64,000 nt of DNA from Felis catus (Eukaryota): assembly GCF_018350175.1 (NCBI RefSeq), contig NC_058368.1:89406001-89470000 (forward strand). The letters are read 5' to 3'. A program made the translations under genes and the position numbers. Shown here piece by piece: positions 12,881-26,500 of the stretch (positions within the stretch are counted from its first letter, which is position 1; each line of letters starts with the position of its first letter). Below the pieces are notes generated by a model. It ran no database searches. It was given only the letters and a program-made list of their open reading frames with translations, and was not told the DNA's origin.

Positions 12881-15800
12881 AGACTACAGTGTGGATCCGT
12901 TCTTCATGCCAAGACTAATCATGAGGTCCAGGCTCAGCAAGAATCTATTAAATTGGGAAAGAAAAAAATTAGGAGTCAGTGAACTGTGGCCTCCACAAAA
13001 CTGAAGAGCAGGTATAACTAGAGTGTGTTTAACTGCATTAGGAGGCAAAGAGCTAAGGTCATAGTGCAGTTTAAAGTGAGGGTTTCAGATATGTAGCAAG
13101 TCTGTAAAGATGAGGTCCCAGGTACAACCATAGGAGTAGTGAGGACCAAGTTTAAACAGTCTGACTTGTGATACAACAGTCAATAGCTGAACCTAGTAGG
13201 GAAAACATTCAATAAATAGATGAATATCTGGTGAATATGGATATACCAGTTTTTCCTCAATGTTTTTGGAACTCATAGCTCTACTTTTCATATACGTAAA
13301 AATTTCACATTTTCCCTCCAGTGTTATTTAAAATTTCACAAGTATCATGACTAAAAATCAAAACAAGGGTAATTTTGGAAGGCAAAAATTTATTCAGATG
13401 ATGTGATAACTATGTCACTGTTAAAAGCCTTATCTTTCTTGGGCGGTGTAGAAGATGTAACAAAACACAAGCTGCTTTAACAATACTCTTGTACTGTTTT
13501 CTCCCCACAGCTAGATATACTCCCCCCCCCCACCCAAAAAAAAGCTTTTAAGATGTAAAGAGAAAATGGAATAACAAATGGAACAAAGTCTTCACATATG
13601 CTTAGACATTTTATATCCCAATTTCTCTAGAGTATTTATCTGGAAGTTTCTAATCAAAACAAACAGACTTAAAGTTCCACATACTCCTCTTAAAGGAATT
13701 GAACGAACCGACAGTTGAAAACATTCTTTATAAAAGCGACCCCAGGTAGGTTTTAAGAACAAGGTCAAGAACAATCACCCAAAATAGTTATGGATATTTC
13801 ATATTTTTGTCTTGAAATAACATTCAGAAATCTAGTCCTTGAAAGATTGGCCAAGCAAGTTAGACATTTTTAGCATGAGTTTGCTATGTGTAGCTGGATT
13901 TTTGGCAAGTTTTGCTTAAAGTATTTCATAATGAGAGTGATGTTGGTGTTTACCTTTTGACATTTCAGGGTCAATGTATTTTAAGCTTCAATGCATTACA
14001 TTCTGTCAAAAGTTTTAATTTTTGAAATTTTAAAGAACAAATTCTCTTTAGATGGTGTTCCAAAATCAGAGGGTTATTTTGTCATTGGTGTTTCAAAATT
14101 AGTTCTGTCCATAAATTCAGCTGAGTACAGTTCTTTGACAACCAAGGAACCTTAGTACGTAAGAGAAAACACTCTCAATGGCATTCTGAACAGATCTTCA
14201 AAAATCAAGGCAAACTGGGATCAAATCTACTGTTTTTCACAAGGGTTATGCTGACAGCAAGGTGAAGATTTCCAGTAGATTATGGGCCAATCAATGGAAG
14301 TGGATGCTTGGTGGGGATTGCTACAGTACATCTTACACACAGTTTTCTTCAGTTCTTGCCAAAAACCCAGATTTAGAACATTCCATTGCTGTAGCACCAC
14401 CAAGTATACTCGTATACTTTTCTTCCAACTCAGTTCATTTGATACAGCTTCAAAAATACTGTTTTTAGTGGTCAAGTATTACATTTATGAAACCACCACA
14501 TCCACAGTTTTTAAAGCTTTATTTTTAAACATAAGCAAAGCACACTTTTTTTTTTTTCAGTAGATTCATCTCAACAGCAAAGAAAGATGAGCTGAAGTTT
14601 TTAAAACCTGAAGTTTGATATGTTCAGTCATCATTTCAGAGTTAAGACTGTAGAAGTAGATGAAGAAAGTCTGGAATTCCTCAATTTCCTCTCAAAGTTG
14701 TGGCAGCACTTGGAATGCAAGGCTGCACAAATTTCTTCATTTTTTTCTCCTTTGCAATTAAAAGGGCTATTTAATATTATGCTTTCATAGCTTTTGGAAG
14801 ATTGCTGTTAATATTCCAATACTGTCCAATCTTAAAGCTTCAGAGAACTGTGCTTTGCAGAATACTCCACTGTTTTTAATGGCATAAATTTAACAGTGTT
14901 TGGCATTGTGTCACTGCCCAACATTTTCAGGTAACTGGTAACTCAACTGAAGAAGATGACCCTATCTTCTGCATCATAATGTGAATATATACTTGATAAA
15001 AGCCTCAAATAACTTTTTGGCTGCCATCTTTAGCTACCTCAAAGGAGAAAACAGAAAAAGGAGTACTGATGATGGAAGCATCTGGTCCCTCTTGCAGAAC
15101 GATGAATGATTTTATTGGCGGCAGCTGGGTGGCAGGGCAATACAGGCATCCAGTTGTGCCTGAACCCCAACAAGTGAAATCTTTGTTCATTTCCTTTTTA
15201 TACACCCATCTGCCACCTAAAACCTGACACCATTTAATGGTGCCCTTGGTCAAATCTAAATGCTTTTACTTTCATAATCCTCTGATTCTATCTTGAAGAG
15301 TCAAGATGAACTCTAACTCATGGGATGGACAAAATGGAAGATGTAAATAAGTAAGCTTTTCAGAGCTAAAAAGCCTCTTTTTATACAAAATTAAACTTTA
15401 AAAGTACATTGACCTCGAAACAATATAATTGTCTTGGATATGCAAGAAAAATAGCAGTATAAATATTTAGCATCATACCCACAATGAACATCTGTGGCTA
15501 CCCAACCTGTTCATATGCCTCATTAATTATAGGCCTTACTCTGAATGTTTCTTGTTCTATCTTTGTATTCCCACCAGCCAAGGAGTTATTTTATAAATTA
15601 TAACATTCCCCATATGTGCAATGCTAATATAACTTGTGGAGGGAGAGAGAAAGCCTTTCTCTCCTATTCCTGAAAAATCACTGACCTATTCCTTGAGTCT
15701 ATGAGTAATAACTCCCTACTCAGTCCCTAAAACTAAAAAGTTTGATCACCTTCAAAGTAGATTAAAAAAATGTGTTCAAGTGGTAGCTGACAAGAATTCA

Positions 15801-17480
15801 CTGTAACCAGAACTGTATGATGGATAATGCATAATATGAAATAAACCTTTATACAAAAATAGTTCCTTATAATGTTACTTATCATGAGAGTTTTCAGTAA
15901 AATTGTAAATTATGCTGCTGGTATATGTTGACCAATGAAAGACCAATGTAGTAACAAAACTACATTACCAATTACTAAAAGTTTATACATACATAAAATA
16001 AAAGTTTTTAACATCTTCATTGTAATTCCTATGTTTGGCAATACCATCTACTTAAATTCTGGTATGTGTTTGAAAATAAAAGTTTTATTTTCTTTTAAAT
16101 ATTCTATATTTTGAAAGGAATTATCCCCAATTTGTTTAACTTGGTTTTGCTGTTTATGTTTACTGGTATGTTTTATAAATAATTCAAGTTTCAAGTGAGT
16201 GTTATCTGGCTTCCCTAGTTGAAAAGACCATCTCTTTTAACTTTCAGTGAAAATTGTGGTTTCAAAATCCTTACAGAAAATTCTAGCAGAGGAATGAAAG
16301 GTTACCTTCTTTCCTCAGGTTCACTGTACTAAAAACCAGAAGTATAGGACAGAGTTTCTTCTGGAGGCAAACTTTATTACCCTGGGGGAAAGCATGGTGC
16401 TAGGGTTGTCCTTAAAGTCAGGTTTGTATGATGAAATTAGCAGTGATTTGTAGTTAAGATTGTAGTGTCTCACTGTGCACTTACCAGTAACCAGACTGAA
16501 GGGTGATGATAATAGCTAATGTATGATGCCTTAGGACAACGTTTGTGTTTTGACTGCAACCCAGAGTAAGCAATACGTTTTACTGTGAGACCAGGTATAC
16601 ACAGGTGTACATATAATTTAAAGCTTTCATAAGACAATGTTTACCTTACTATATTCCATGAACCCTGATATTTTCTGTTTAATTTGAAAATAATGCTGGG
16701 CATGACACATTTATTTTAAGACCCACTAATTGGTCAAAATCCACAACTGGAAAACCACTGCTGTAGGAGAACATGAGGAAATAGATTTTATAAACTGTAA
16801 AGCACACTGAGATGTGAGCAGCTGCTAATGAATATCCAAGATAAGACTTTTGGGGCCTGAGATATCTATCCTCTCCTTTCTTGGGTACTGCTAGAAGTCA
16901 CATTCACCTAGGCTTTTGGTAAGGAAGACATTATTTATGTGGTCATTGAGATAACTCTCTACTACTCAGGTCAGGAAAGCAATGTATTAACTAAATCAGA
17001 ACCCAAAGCAAAGACAAATTACAGGAAAATCAAATAAAAGCAAACATCTGTTTAGTGCTTCATGGTTTATAAAAAACTTTCACATATGTGGTCTCTTTTA
17101 ATTTTAACAAGCCTAGGGGAAAAGTAAAGGTAAGAGGTGGAGACCTGCCCAAGTTTAGACAGTAAGTGGCAGAGCCAGGTCATCTCATCCTAAATCCCTC
17201 ACTCCTTTCATGATAAAATACCAGGAAAGGAGAGTGATTAAGGACATGAGACTTCTTTTGATCCATCATAAAGATGTTTATGTCCTCTGCCTCTCTCTAC
17301 AGGGAAAACAGACCCCACTGAAGGTGAGGAAGCAACCTCAGATTTTGGGAAGGGGGTATGGCCTGTTGCACTTAGTCTATGACTCCTACCTGGCATTTCA
17401 GCCTACCAAAACCAGCAATGTTTGTGTGTGTGTGTTTCCCCAGTCATCATTTTGACACTGCTTGTGCTCTGAGGTTTCTC

Positions 17481-17707
17481 TTTTTTTTTTTTAATTTTTT
17501 TTTTTAACGTTTATTTATTTTTGGGACAGAGAGAGACAGAGCATGAACGGGGGAGGGGCAGAGAGAGAGGGAGACACAGAATCGGAAACAGGCTCCAGGC
17601 TCTGAGCCATCAGCCCAGAGCCTGACGCGGGGCTCGAACTCACGGACCGCGAGATCGTGACCTGGCTGAAGTCGGACGCTAAACCGACTGCGCCACCCAG
17701 GCGCCCC
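17481..17707 (-). mobile_element. Young felid SINE in TRIM52 intron
   Basis: CpG-intact body; TSD TGCTCTGAGGTTT. Confidence 0.93.
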
Positions 17708-18092
17708 TGCTCTGAGGTTTCAAATGTCTATTATGGTTCAAGTACTTAATGGCTTTCCATTCCTATGTGTTAAGGGTCTTGGAGTCTTGGTCAGGTACAC
17801 CCTCAGTACTCAACAGAGTGAAATTTGGTACTAGGGACATGCCACTGATACTCAGATTGAAAGGGAATAACAACAGTGGTCAGCTTTGGTGCCTCTGCTC
17901 AGCTTCCTTTGGGGAAGCCAATCAGCCTCAGCCATTGTGTCTCTTGTCCACATATGCCCATCTCTCTCCACTACTGTGCCCTTATCTCTCACAAAAAAGA
18001 TTCAACTAGCAAGTATCTGCCTCCCAGCTGCCCTTGTTTTTCTCTCCGCTCCCCTCACCCCCCCATTTTCCTTCCCCCCTTGTGCCTCTCAC

Positions 18093-18911
18093 CTTGTACT
18101 CCTGCACCACCTCCTCCATTGGCACCACGCTGTGTTGTTTGTGGGTCCTGGATTCTCGGCACACCACACAGATAGCCTCTTTGTCCACTTCACAAAAAAG
18201 TTTCAGGGCTTCCTGGTGTTTGGAGCAGATGCCCTGATCATTCCCCCGACTTCCTCGATAAGGAGTGGGGCTCATCTGGCGAATTATCTGGACCATGTTG
18301 GCTAGCTGCAAGTTGGGACGAAAGCTGCGACGCTTAAAGCTCTTTCGGCACTGGGGACAGATGAACTGACGTGGAGGGGGCGGAGGAGGGGGTGGAGGTG
18401 GAGGAGGAGGAGGTAAGTGGGTGTCAGGATACAGCTCTTCCTCGTCCTCGTATTCTTCCGATATCTCCTCTTCTGGGTAGACGTCAATTCTCAGGTCATG
18501 TCTCAAGCTTCCCAGGTAATAGTCCTGATCTTCCTCCTCTTCTTCCTCCTGGTCCCACACATAGTCCATGTTGTCCCAATTTCTGATGCCACCGTCACCA
18601 ACCCAGAGTTCATCTTCTTGGTCCTGGAACACCTCGTCAGCACTGCCCTGGTACAAAACCTCTCGAATAGAGTTGTCCCATCCACCGGTGGCCCCCTCCA
18701 CATCGTCGTCCTCGTCTTCTTCCCATCCATCTTCTTCCCCGTCCCTGTCTTCCTCATCTTCCTTGCCCCACAGTTGGGTCACACATCCTCGGCAGAAGTT
18801 GTGCCCACAGCCTATGGAAACGGGATCCTTGAAGTAATCCAGGCAGATGGCACACACCGCTTCCTCCTGAAGGGTCTGCATGGGGTTAGGAGTAGTGGCA
18901 CAGCCAGCCAT
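18093..18911 (-). CDS. TRIM52: TRIM52 main coding exon: RING split by a very long acidic loop, then B-box
   Basis: [27 protein letters not shown]...CGHNFCRGC [D/E-rich loop] CPQC...[38 protein letters not shown] donor after QEYK at 18092; adjacent to RACK1 as in other mammals. Confidence 0.95.
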
Positions 18912-18949
18912 TTTAATGCGCAGCCTGGAGGTGTGGATGCGTCAACTCC

Positions 18950-19750
18950 GAGCTGAGGAGCGGGGAACGTGTCTGCAGGCTACGTGTCCAAGCTACGCTT
19001 TTGACCCAAGGTTTTTCTCTACACTGCTCTTCCTCCTCAGGCCGGCAAAGGAGCCTTACTCCCCTCCCTCAGGCTCTTCCCAGCTCAAGGCACGAAAGCC
19101 CTCTAGCGCTGACTCAGCCGCCCTCCAAGAGGAGCGGGAGCGGAACCAGGCTGCAGCTTCCACTTTCCTTCCAGCCTCAGCCTGCAAATCCGGGTCCCGA
19201 CACGTTTCCTGCCTCCCTCCAGGTTTGCCCGACCCAGCGGCGTCCTCCTCTGGTGGCGGCACTCCCCACCCAGCCCGAGGCGACCGAAAATGACGTAGGC
19301 ACTTTAACCCACACTCGGAAAGGGTAGACTGAGCCAATGGAGGACTACGTTCTCTATGATGCCCCAGGGGACGCGACAGTTGGGAGCCCTGACGGCCATC
19401 CAGCCGGTCCTGATAGGAAAGACGTGAGAATGGGCAGAGGTGGAAAGAGAATCAACAGACCATTACACCGCTCCACACCAGCCAGAGTGTCCAGCAGTCC
19501 CTCAGCCGAGGCAGTTCCCCGGACACGGACCCAAAAGGGTGGGGAGAGCGGCGTCCAAGTGCTCTCGTGCACTTTCGGCCCTTCTAGCCTGAAGCCTTTG
19601 TGGTAGTGAGAACGCCCTCTCCACGGAGGCCACGCTCGAGGGTGTGGCCTGCAAGAACGCAGTGGGGTGGTGCTTGCGGTAGCGTGGAGTGGCTGTGAAA
19701 TCAAAGGATCTCGCGTGGGGACTCGTATACCTCCAACTTTTCTCCTCAAA
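18950..19750 (-). promoter_or_regulatory. CpG-rich TRIM52 5'UTR/promoter region
   Basis: Elevated CpG density upstream of the TRIM52 ATG; CRE-like TGACGT at 19291; exact TSS not determinable. Confidence 0.6.
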
Positions 19751-21829
19751 CCAATTAATCCCTTACTACCTGCAGAGCCTCGGCTTTCTAGCCCTCATCT
19801 CTCCCGTTACGACTTCTATGTCCATCTCCACTGTCCTGCAATTTCTCAGATAACCTCAGACTCAGCATGCCCTACGCTGACTTATTCTATAGATCTTTTT
19901 GTCTTCATCAATAATGCTTCCATTCACCATCCCCTCACTTATCCATGCATGCATGAATACATCCACCCATCCACCTGCCCATTCATTTAATTAATGTCCA
20001 TCATTAATTCATTTAATTCATCCATCTATCACATACATGCATAACCCATCCATTTATCCATCCACTTTATTATAGGAACAAAAACATGAGTAAGGCATGA
20101 TCAGTCCCTTCAAGATGTTCAGAGTTACAGGCGTGTGGTTATCCTTAACCCAAGGTTTTTACAAGGTTTGTTTTTCTTTCTTTCCTTGGCCCTCATTAAG
20201 AAGTGCATTGCATATGTTAATCTAATACAGACTTGCACATATGTAACAGAAATAAGATTTCTGAAAATTGTTCTTTCCCTTATGGCAGTCAAGGCACCCT
20301 GATATGTTCTATTCTATTTTGCTTCGGTAAAATGCTGTTCAAGATCCACTGGTATGATTGCACCCTTCACTAATTGGTCACTGTTTGGTTTGAGGAACAC
20401 CACCTGCCCTAATGGAATCTTCAAGGCACCCTGGAACCCCTGCTGTCCCTCTCTGAGCCCAAACTTGAACTGTAAATTCTACAGAGCAGGGATGGTAAAT
20501 ATGCTGTTAACATTGTACATGCAGCTCATCTATCATAATGCTGAACATACAGCCTATCTGCTGAATAAATAGTAAACAAACACAACAAAATGCAACCATC
20601 AAGTCCTGCTGATTTTTATCTCCCCAAACCTAGGCCGATTTCTCTATCTCTTCCTGTCATCCTAGATCTGACCCTATCAGCTTCCAACTGGATACATTTC
20701 CCAAAGGGTCATTTGCCCTCATTTCAGTCCATCCTGAAGCCACCAGAACCATCCACCTGAAATGGAAGTCTGACACACTCATGCTAGGCTGTTGGCTTCT
20801 ATGTCTTTGGGCATGTTCTTCCACCTGGAAGGCTTTTGTTTCACTGGTTCACCCAGATATAGCTCCTTAATTATCCTTCAGGTCTCTGCCTAGGCATAAC
20901 CTCTTGAAGGAGATGCTTCCCTGAGGCTCGTCCCAGACTGTGTTAGCACTCCAACTCTGTCACTTAACTCTGTGTGTGACTTTGGACTAGTTTCTTAACA
21001 ACTGTGCTGCTATATCCCCATCTGCAAAATAAAGATGACAGTAGCACACATATATTAGAGTTGTTGTGAAGTTGGAATAATTGACATCTGTAAAGTAATT
21101 GGAACAGTGCCTACTGGGGCTATCTTTGTATCCCCATCACCTACTATTATATGCCCTTCCTGTAGTAGATGAGCCATAGAAGAAAGTCCTCCTCTTTGAA
21201 GGGTCAGGAGATTGGGACCCTGTGGTGAAAAATATCCTACTGCCTGTCGTTTAGTGGTTTGGAAAACCTTATGTTTGGAGAGGGAGGGAGTTGAAACCCA
21301 GGCCTGGCCTGCCTACAGTGGGGCATCTATTGGTAGTGTTTATTTGTTAGGAAACTAACAAGTAAATTCCCAGTATACAATCTGGGAGCCTTCCTAGAGG
21401 TCATGACTGAGCTGAGGAGCCATGAGGGGAAATCTGAACAAGAAGAACTGAAACTGCATTTCAGGGCTGAAATACTTACCCATCTCTGAATGCGGGTTGT
21501 ACCCTACACATGGAATGGTAGGGGAACCAGCTGGGGAGTAGAACAAAAGAAGAGGGGGCTGCTCAGAGTTGCATGCTCTTTGGACCCAACCAGCCATGTG
21601 CCCCTAGCAGAATTTTTAGGTTGGAGAAGCCCACACAAGAGTTCAACTGCAGATAATTAAATTCCAGTTCATGGTGACAAGGCAAGCCCTTGTCACAGAC
21701 ACTGGGGACCATTTGCCAGAGGTACTAGAGAGGCAGTCTAGCATTGGTTACGTTGCCCAGGGGTTGACAAATCTGGCCCTCAGTTTCTTTTTGTAAACCC
21801 CAAGAAGTAAGAATGGTTTTTAAATTTTA

Positions 21830-22093
21830 TTTTTTTTTAATTTAATTTTTTTAAATTTAAATTTAAAAAAATTTTTTAAATTTATTTATTTTGAGAGAAA
21901 GAGTGCAAGCATGCATGCATGAGTTGGTGGGGGTGGGGCACAGCAGAGAGAGAGGGAGAGAGAGAATCCCAAGCAGGCTCCACACTGTCAGCACAGAGCC
22001 CAAAGTGGGACTCAATCCCACGAACTGTGAGATCATGACCTGAGCTAAAATCCAGTGTCAGGGGCTCAACTGACTGAGCCACCCAGGGCACCT
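21830..22093 (-). mobile_element. CAN-SINE
   Basis: TSD AAGAATGGTTTTTAAATTTTA. Confidence 0.9.
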
Positions 22094-22469
22094 CAAGAAT
22101 GGTTTTTAAATTTTAAAGGAGTTCAATAAAGATGAATATGTGGATGGAGACTATATGTGGCCAGAGAAATCTAAAATATTTACTCTCTGATACTTTACAG
22201 AAAATGTTTGCTGACACCTGGGCTAGGAGGCATGGAATAGAGGATCTCTAGAGTGTCTTTTGATGTGATTCTGGCTTGTTTCTCCCCTCTGGGTTCAAGA
22301 GCCAGACTCTTTCCCTAGCACTCCCTTCTTGAGTCAGATTACAGAGGACCTAGCTAGACAGGTGAGTGTGACCAGTAGGTCTGCCTTGAGTCTGGTTGTG
22401 GGTTTGTGGGTGGTGTCACTGTTATAAGACTCCAGAAATACTGGTAGTTCTTTCACTCCCCTCCACTTG

Positions 22470-23010
22470 AAATGTGACATCCATACAGAAATGCACAAAT
22501 CATAAATTTATAGCTCCAAAAAAATTTCAAAGTTATACATTGAGAACAAGAAATGGGCATCCCCAGAAATCCCATGTCCACTTCCACTCATTCCCCATAG
22601 CACGCAAGCACTATCCTGACTTCTGTAGCCATGGATTAGTTTTGTCTTTTTGTGAACTTCACCAAAATGGAACATACAATGTGTGCTTTTATGCTTGGCT
22701 TCTTTCATTTTACTTAATGTCCAGGGGATTCATCCATGCTGTTGTATGTAGTAGTAAATTCTTCATTCCAATTTGGTATAACTGCTCCATTGTGTAAGTA
22801 GAGCAAATTTGTTTACCTGTTCTTCTGTTGAGAGGCATTTGGGTTGTTTCCAGTCTGGGGCTATTATGAACAGTGCTTTGAACACTTGAATCTGTCATTT
22901 AGTGAACATATGTATGGATTTTCTTCTTCTGGATGTAAGATTTAGGAGTCAAGTTACTAGGTCAGAGGGATACATAGGTTTAGTTTTGAGTACATCCTAC
23001 TTAACTGTTA
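22470..23010 (-). mobile_element. Ancient L1 (L1M-type) 3' fragment
   Basis: GGATTCATCCATGCTGTTG...GGCATTTGGGTTGTTTCCAG motifs typical of old L1 3' ends. Confidence 0.65.
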
Positions 23011-23337
23011 TTATTTAAACCTTGGAATTAAGAGCCCCCTGCACTTTGGTTATTTCACTGGGATGGGTGGGGCTGGACCAGAGTGGGACACTGAGGCTGA
23101 GTGAGAGGTAGTAACTAGGCCTCTGGAGTGCTACCCCAGGCCTCTCCTTGCTGGCACCTCCCCAGAGCAGACCAGGTCAGCTAGCATGAGGTACCAGTCC
23201 TCAGGCAGCACACAAAGTTAGGGATCTCAGGAGCAGCCTGTTGTCATTATCAGGGATTTAGGGGACACCTCAAGCTCAACGTGTCCCCCAACTCATTTCT
23301 TTCAAAGGGCATTCTTTTCACCTCACCACCTCCTTTC

Positions 23338-23552
23338 TTTTTTTTTTTTTTTTTTTTTAACATTTATTTATTTTTGAGACAGAGAGAGACAGAGCATGAA
23401 AGGGGGAGGGTCAGAGAGAGGGAGACACAGAATCTGAAAGAGGCTCCAGGCTCTGAGCTGTCAGCACAGAGCCTGACGCGGGTCTCGAACTCACGGACCG
23501 CGAGATCATGACCTGAGCCGGCTGCTTAACCGACTGAGCCACCCAGGCGCCC
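23338..23552 (-). mobile_element. CAN-SINE
   Basis: TSD CCTCACCACCTCCTTTC. Confidence 0.92.
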
Positions 23553-26500
23553 CTCACCACCTCCTTTCCAGCTAGCCTTTAGAGTTGAAGATGATGAGTG
23601 CCAGGCACCCCATTTCCTGATGGGGACAGATGCTGGATGAAAGACATATGATCCAGGACAGTTCCCCTGTGTCTTCTCCTCTGGTGTCTTGGTGGGGAAG
23701 ATCAGGGAGCCTGTGCGGGTAAGAATCCACCCTCCCAACCCCCCAAGCCCCATCTGATTCATGGTCAGGTCTAACTTGGAGCCTGCAATATTCTCCCTGC
23801 TCCCAACATTCTCAGACACTCCCTAGCTCCCTCCCGCTGGCTGTTTCTTCCCAGGCAAATGTCTCAGGAGGTGGTTGCAAGGACAGATTTTGCCTTCTGA
23901 GCTTAGTACTCTGTGAAGGGAAAATGAGTTTTGGCACAGCCTTCATCTTCCTTAACTCAGGCTCAGCTTCTCCTCCATTGTCACTGCAATGCTTTGGCTC
24001 TCTGTATCTCTCCCTGTCCTGGATTTGCTCTAGCATGTGGCTCCGTCAATGTGGCCAAGAAGCAGGCCTAGAGAAACCTGAGGGTCAGCCTTTTGGCATA
24101 GGGCAGACTGGCAGACTGACTCCCTTTTCCCTAGCTGTTTGTCTTGAGGTGAAGCTGTGTGATTCCATTCTGGAACTTACTATTCAGTTACGTGGCAGTC
24201 TAGGGGCAAGGCTAAAGAGACACAAATGAAACAGCCTGTGTCTTCAATCCTCTTCTGTTTACATTGGTCTGTGAGCTTCTTCAGGAAGTTAGGGGATTAA
24301 AAAAAAAAAAAAAAAAAAGACTCGTCCAGGACTGGGCCTTCCTCCTGGTCTTTGTTGCTGGCCAGGCCCTGACTGCCTGGACACACCCGAGAGACATGTG
24401 CTGTGGGCATCATGGAACCTCAGAGCAGGGATGGCTAGGAGGGCTTCTGGGAGCATGACCTGAGCACAAGTCTCAGAGAATTCCTGGAGGCTGTGGGGAG
24501 AGTAGGTGTGGCATTCTAGGATTGGAACAGTGCAGTTACTTACAGGACTGAGGCTGCAATGGGGATAGCCTGTAAGGAAGCCTTAGTATTTGGTGGACAT
24601 AGAAGCTAATATTCATCGAATACTCATAATTTATTATATATTAATCAATGCATTCATTCATTCGACACATCATCACAAAGCACAATTCCAGGCCACACTG
24701 AATTCTGCCCTAAATATGGTGGTCTGGAAAATGTCATGGTTTGGGACTAGAGTCCAGAGGGTTAGCAGGTAAGATCTGTGTCAGTGGAGGGGTATCTCAG
24801 TGCAGCCTGAAGACTAGAGAAGTCTGATGTAGCATTCCTCCCGTGGGGAAGATGTCTTGGCCTCTGTGAGTGAGGGAATGGCCTGTGGATGGAGATCCCA
24901 TGGTTCTGACCCAAGGTCAGGCCAGTCTAGGCTGAGAGAGAGAAGCAGTTCTCAGGAGCAGCTAGTGGAAGTATTGCCCTGCTGGGTGAGAAGGTTGCTT
25001 TTCCTGTGGGTCTGTGATTTTTTGCAAAGCTGTCTTCTTGTCCTTGCCAGATTTGTAGGCCCCTTTACTGCTTCCAAGTGTGCTTAGAACCCTCCTCACT
25101 TGCCCTCCTGCCTCTGTCTACTCCTAAGACTGTGGTAGTAATCAGGGGGCACCCAGGGGAACACTTGGGGCTCAGATGAACTCCCTCTGTGTTTGCCTTC
25201 TGTCCTCTCACGAGCTTCTCTCCAGGCAGGAGTGGCTGAGGAAAGAACCAGGGACGTAGGCAGGCAGGGCATCTAGGCTGGTCCTGCTGGGTCCAGAGCC
25301 CCTGTCTTTTGGTTGAGATCACTGACCAGCCATTGCTAAGCAGAGAAACAAAAATGGGAGAGGGAGCAAGGCCTGGGTTAAGCGAGACCACCCTATTTTC
25401 TGGGCCTGTTCATCCCTCTGTGGAATTAGACTCGGGACTCCCAGGTTCACCTCCTACCTGGCCATGAGGCGCTGGTGCATGTTCCTTTGTCTCAGGTTTT
25501 GCAGGTGCACTGGACTTAAACCAATATATGCTTGGGATGTGGGTGGAAGAGAAAGAGAGATGTGCACTGGAGAGAGCTGACATCCTGGACAGGAAGGACT
25601 CTAACATGAGAAGCAGAGAGAGGTGGCATGATCATGGGGTTTGTGGGGGAGAGTGTGTCAAATTATCAGGGGCTTGTAGGGTGCTATATGGGGTTCCTTT
25701 AGGTCTAAAATTTATTTTATGGTTCCATGGGCAAAACACTGAACTAGTCTGTAAAGGAAATATGATTGAAACAAAATAAAGCTGAAGGATGCTCAGTTGC
25801 CAAGATCTCATAATCCAGTTATAGAGCAGATACTTCATGAAGGTCAGAATGGTGGTGCCCTTGGCAACAAGAAGATCAGATTCTTTCAGGGGTGTGAACT
25901 AGAAGTTATTGGGTTAGTAGGACTCAGGAAAGGGGAGAACAGCCCCCCCCTCCATGTTAGGGGGCAGTGTAGTGGCCACCCCTCTCCTCAAGATATTTTT
26001 GTCTACCAGGCCCTGTCCCCAGAGTCCCAGGTTCCCATGCAGTTGTCAGGTTCCCAACTACCGGGAAGGTCAGGTAGGTGGAGGTTGAGGAAAGCCATCA
26101 GGAAAAGGAAGTGAGGTGAAAAAAAGGAATGGCTATCTAGGGCAGATACAGACAGCATAGCCCAAGCCCTCAGGCATTTCTAAACCAAGTAGCCAATGAG
26201 GCCACTCTGGTAAGTGGTGACCCTACCCTTTGGGTTGTGGCAGGTGGCTGGGGCTCTGCTGCCATCCTGTAGGCACCGTTCTGAAACTGTATCAGTCCAT
26301 GGCCTTTCTGCCCTCTCTCCTCATCAGAGAGATGGTCCTACAATCCTGCAGCCCAAGAAGTTCTCAGAGTTCTGCACATAGAGATGCGCAGAACTGAACA
26401 GGAAATTCTAGCCCATTCTGCCCAAGGCTCACACTTATAGAAGCCAGTGTCAGTGAGATGAGTACCTCGTCTAAGGCTCCCTGAATTTACAAAACCTCTG

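Noticed and set aside
18006..18092. Last 28 aa of the 301-aa TRIM52 ORF
   Set aside because: Lies past a consensus donor (AAG|GTGAGA), so probably intron read-through
18034..18956. Several plus-strand ORFs over TRIM52
   Set aside because: Antisense shadows of the acidic, repetitive coding sequence
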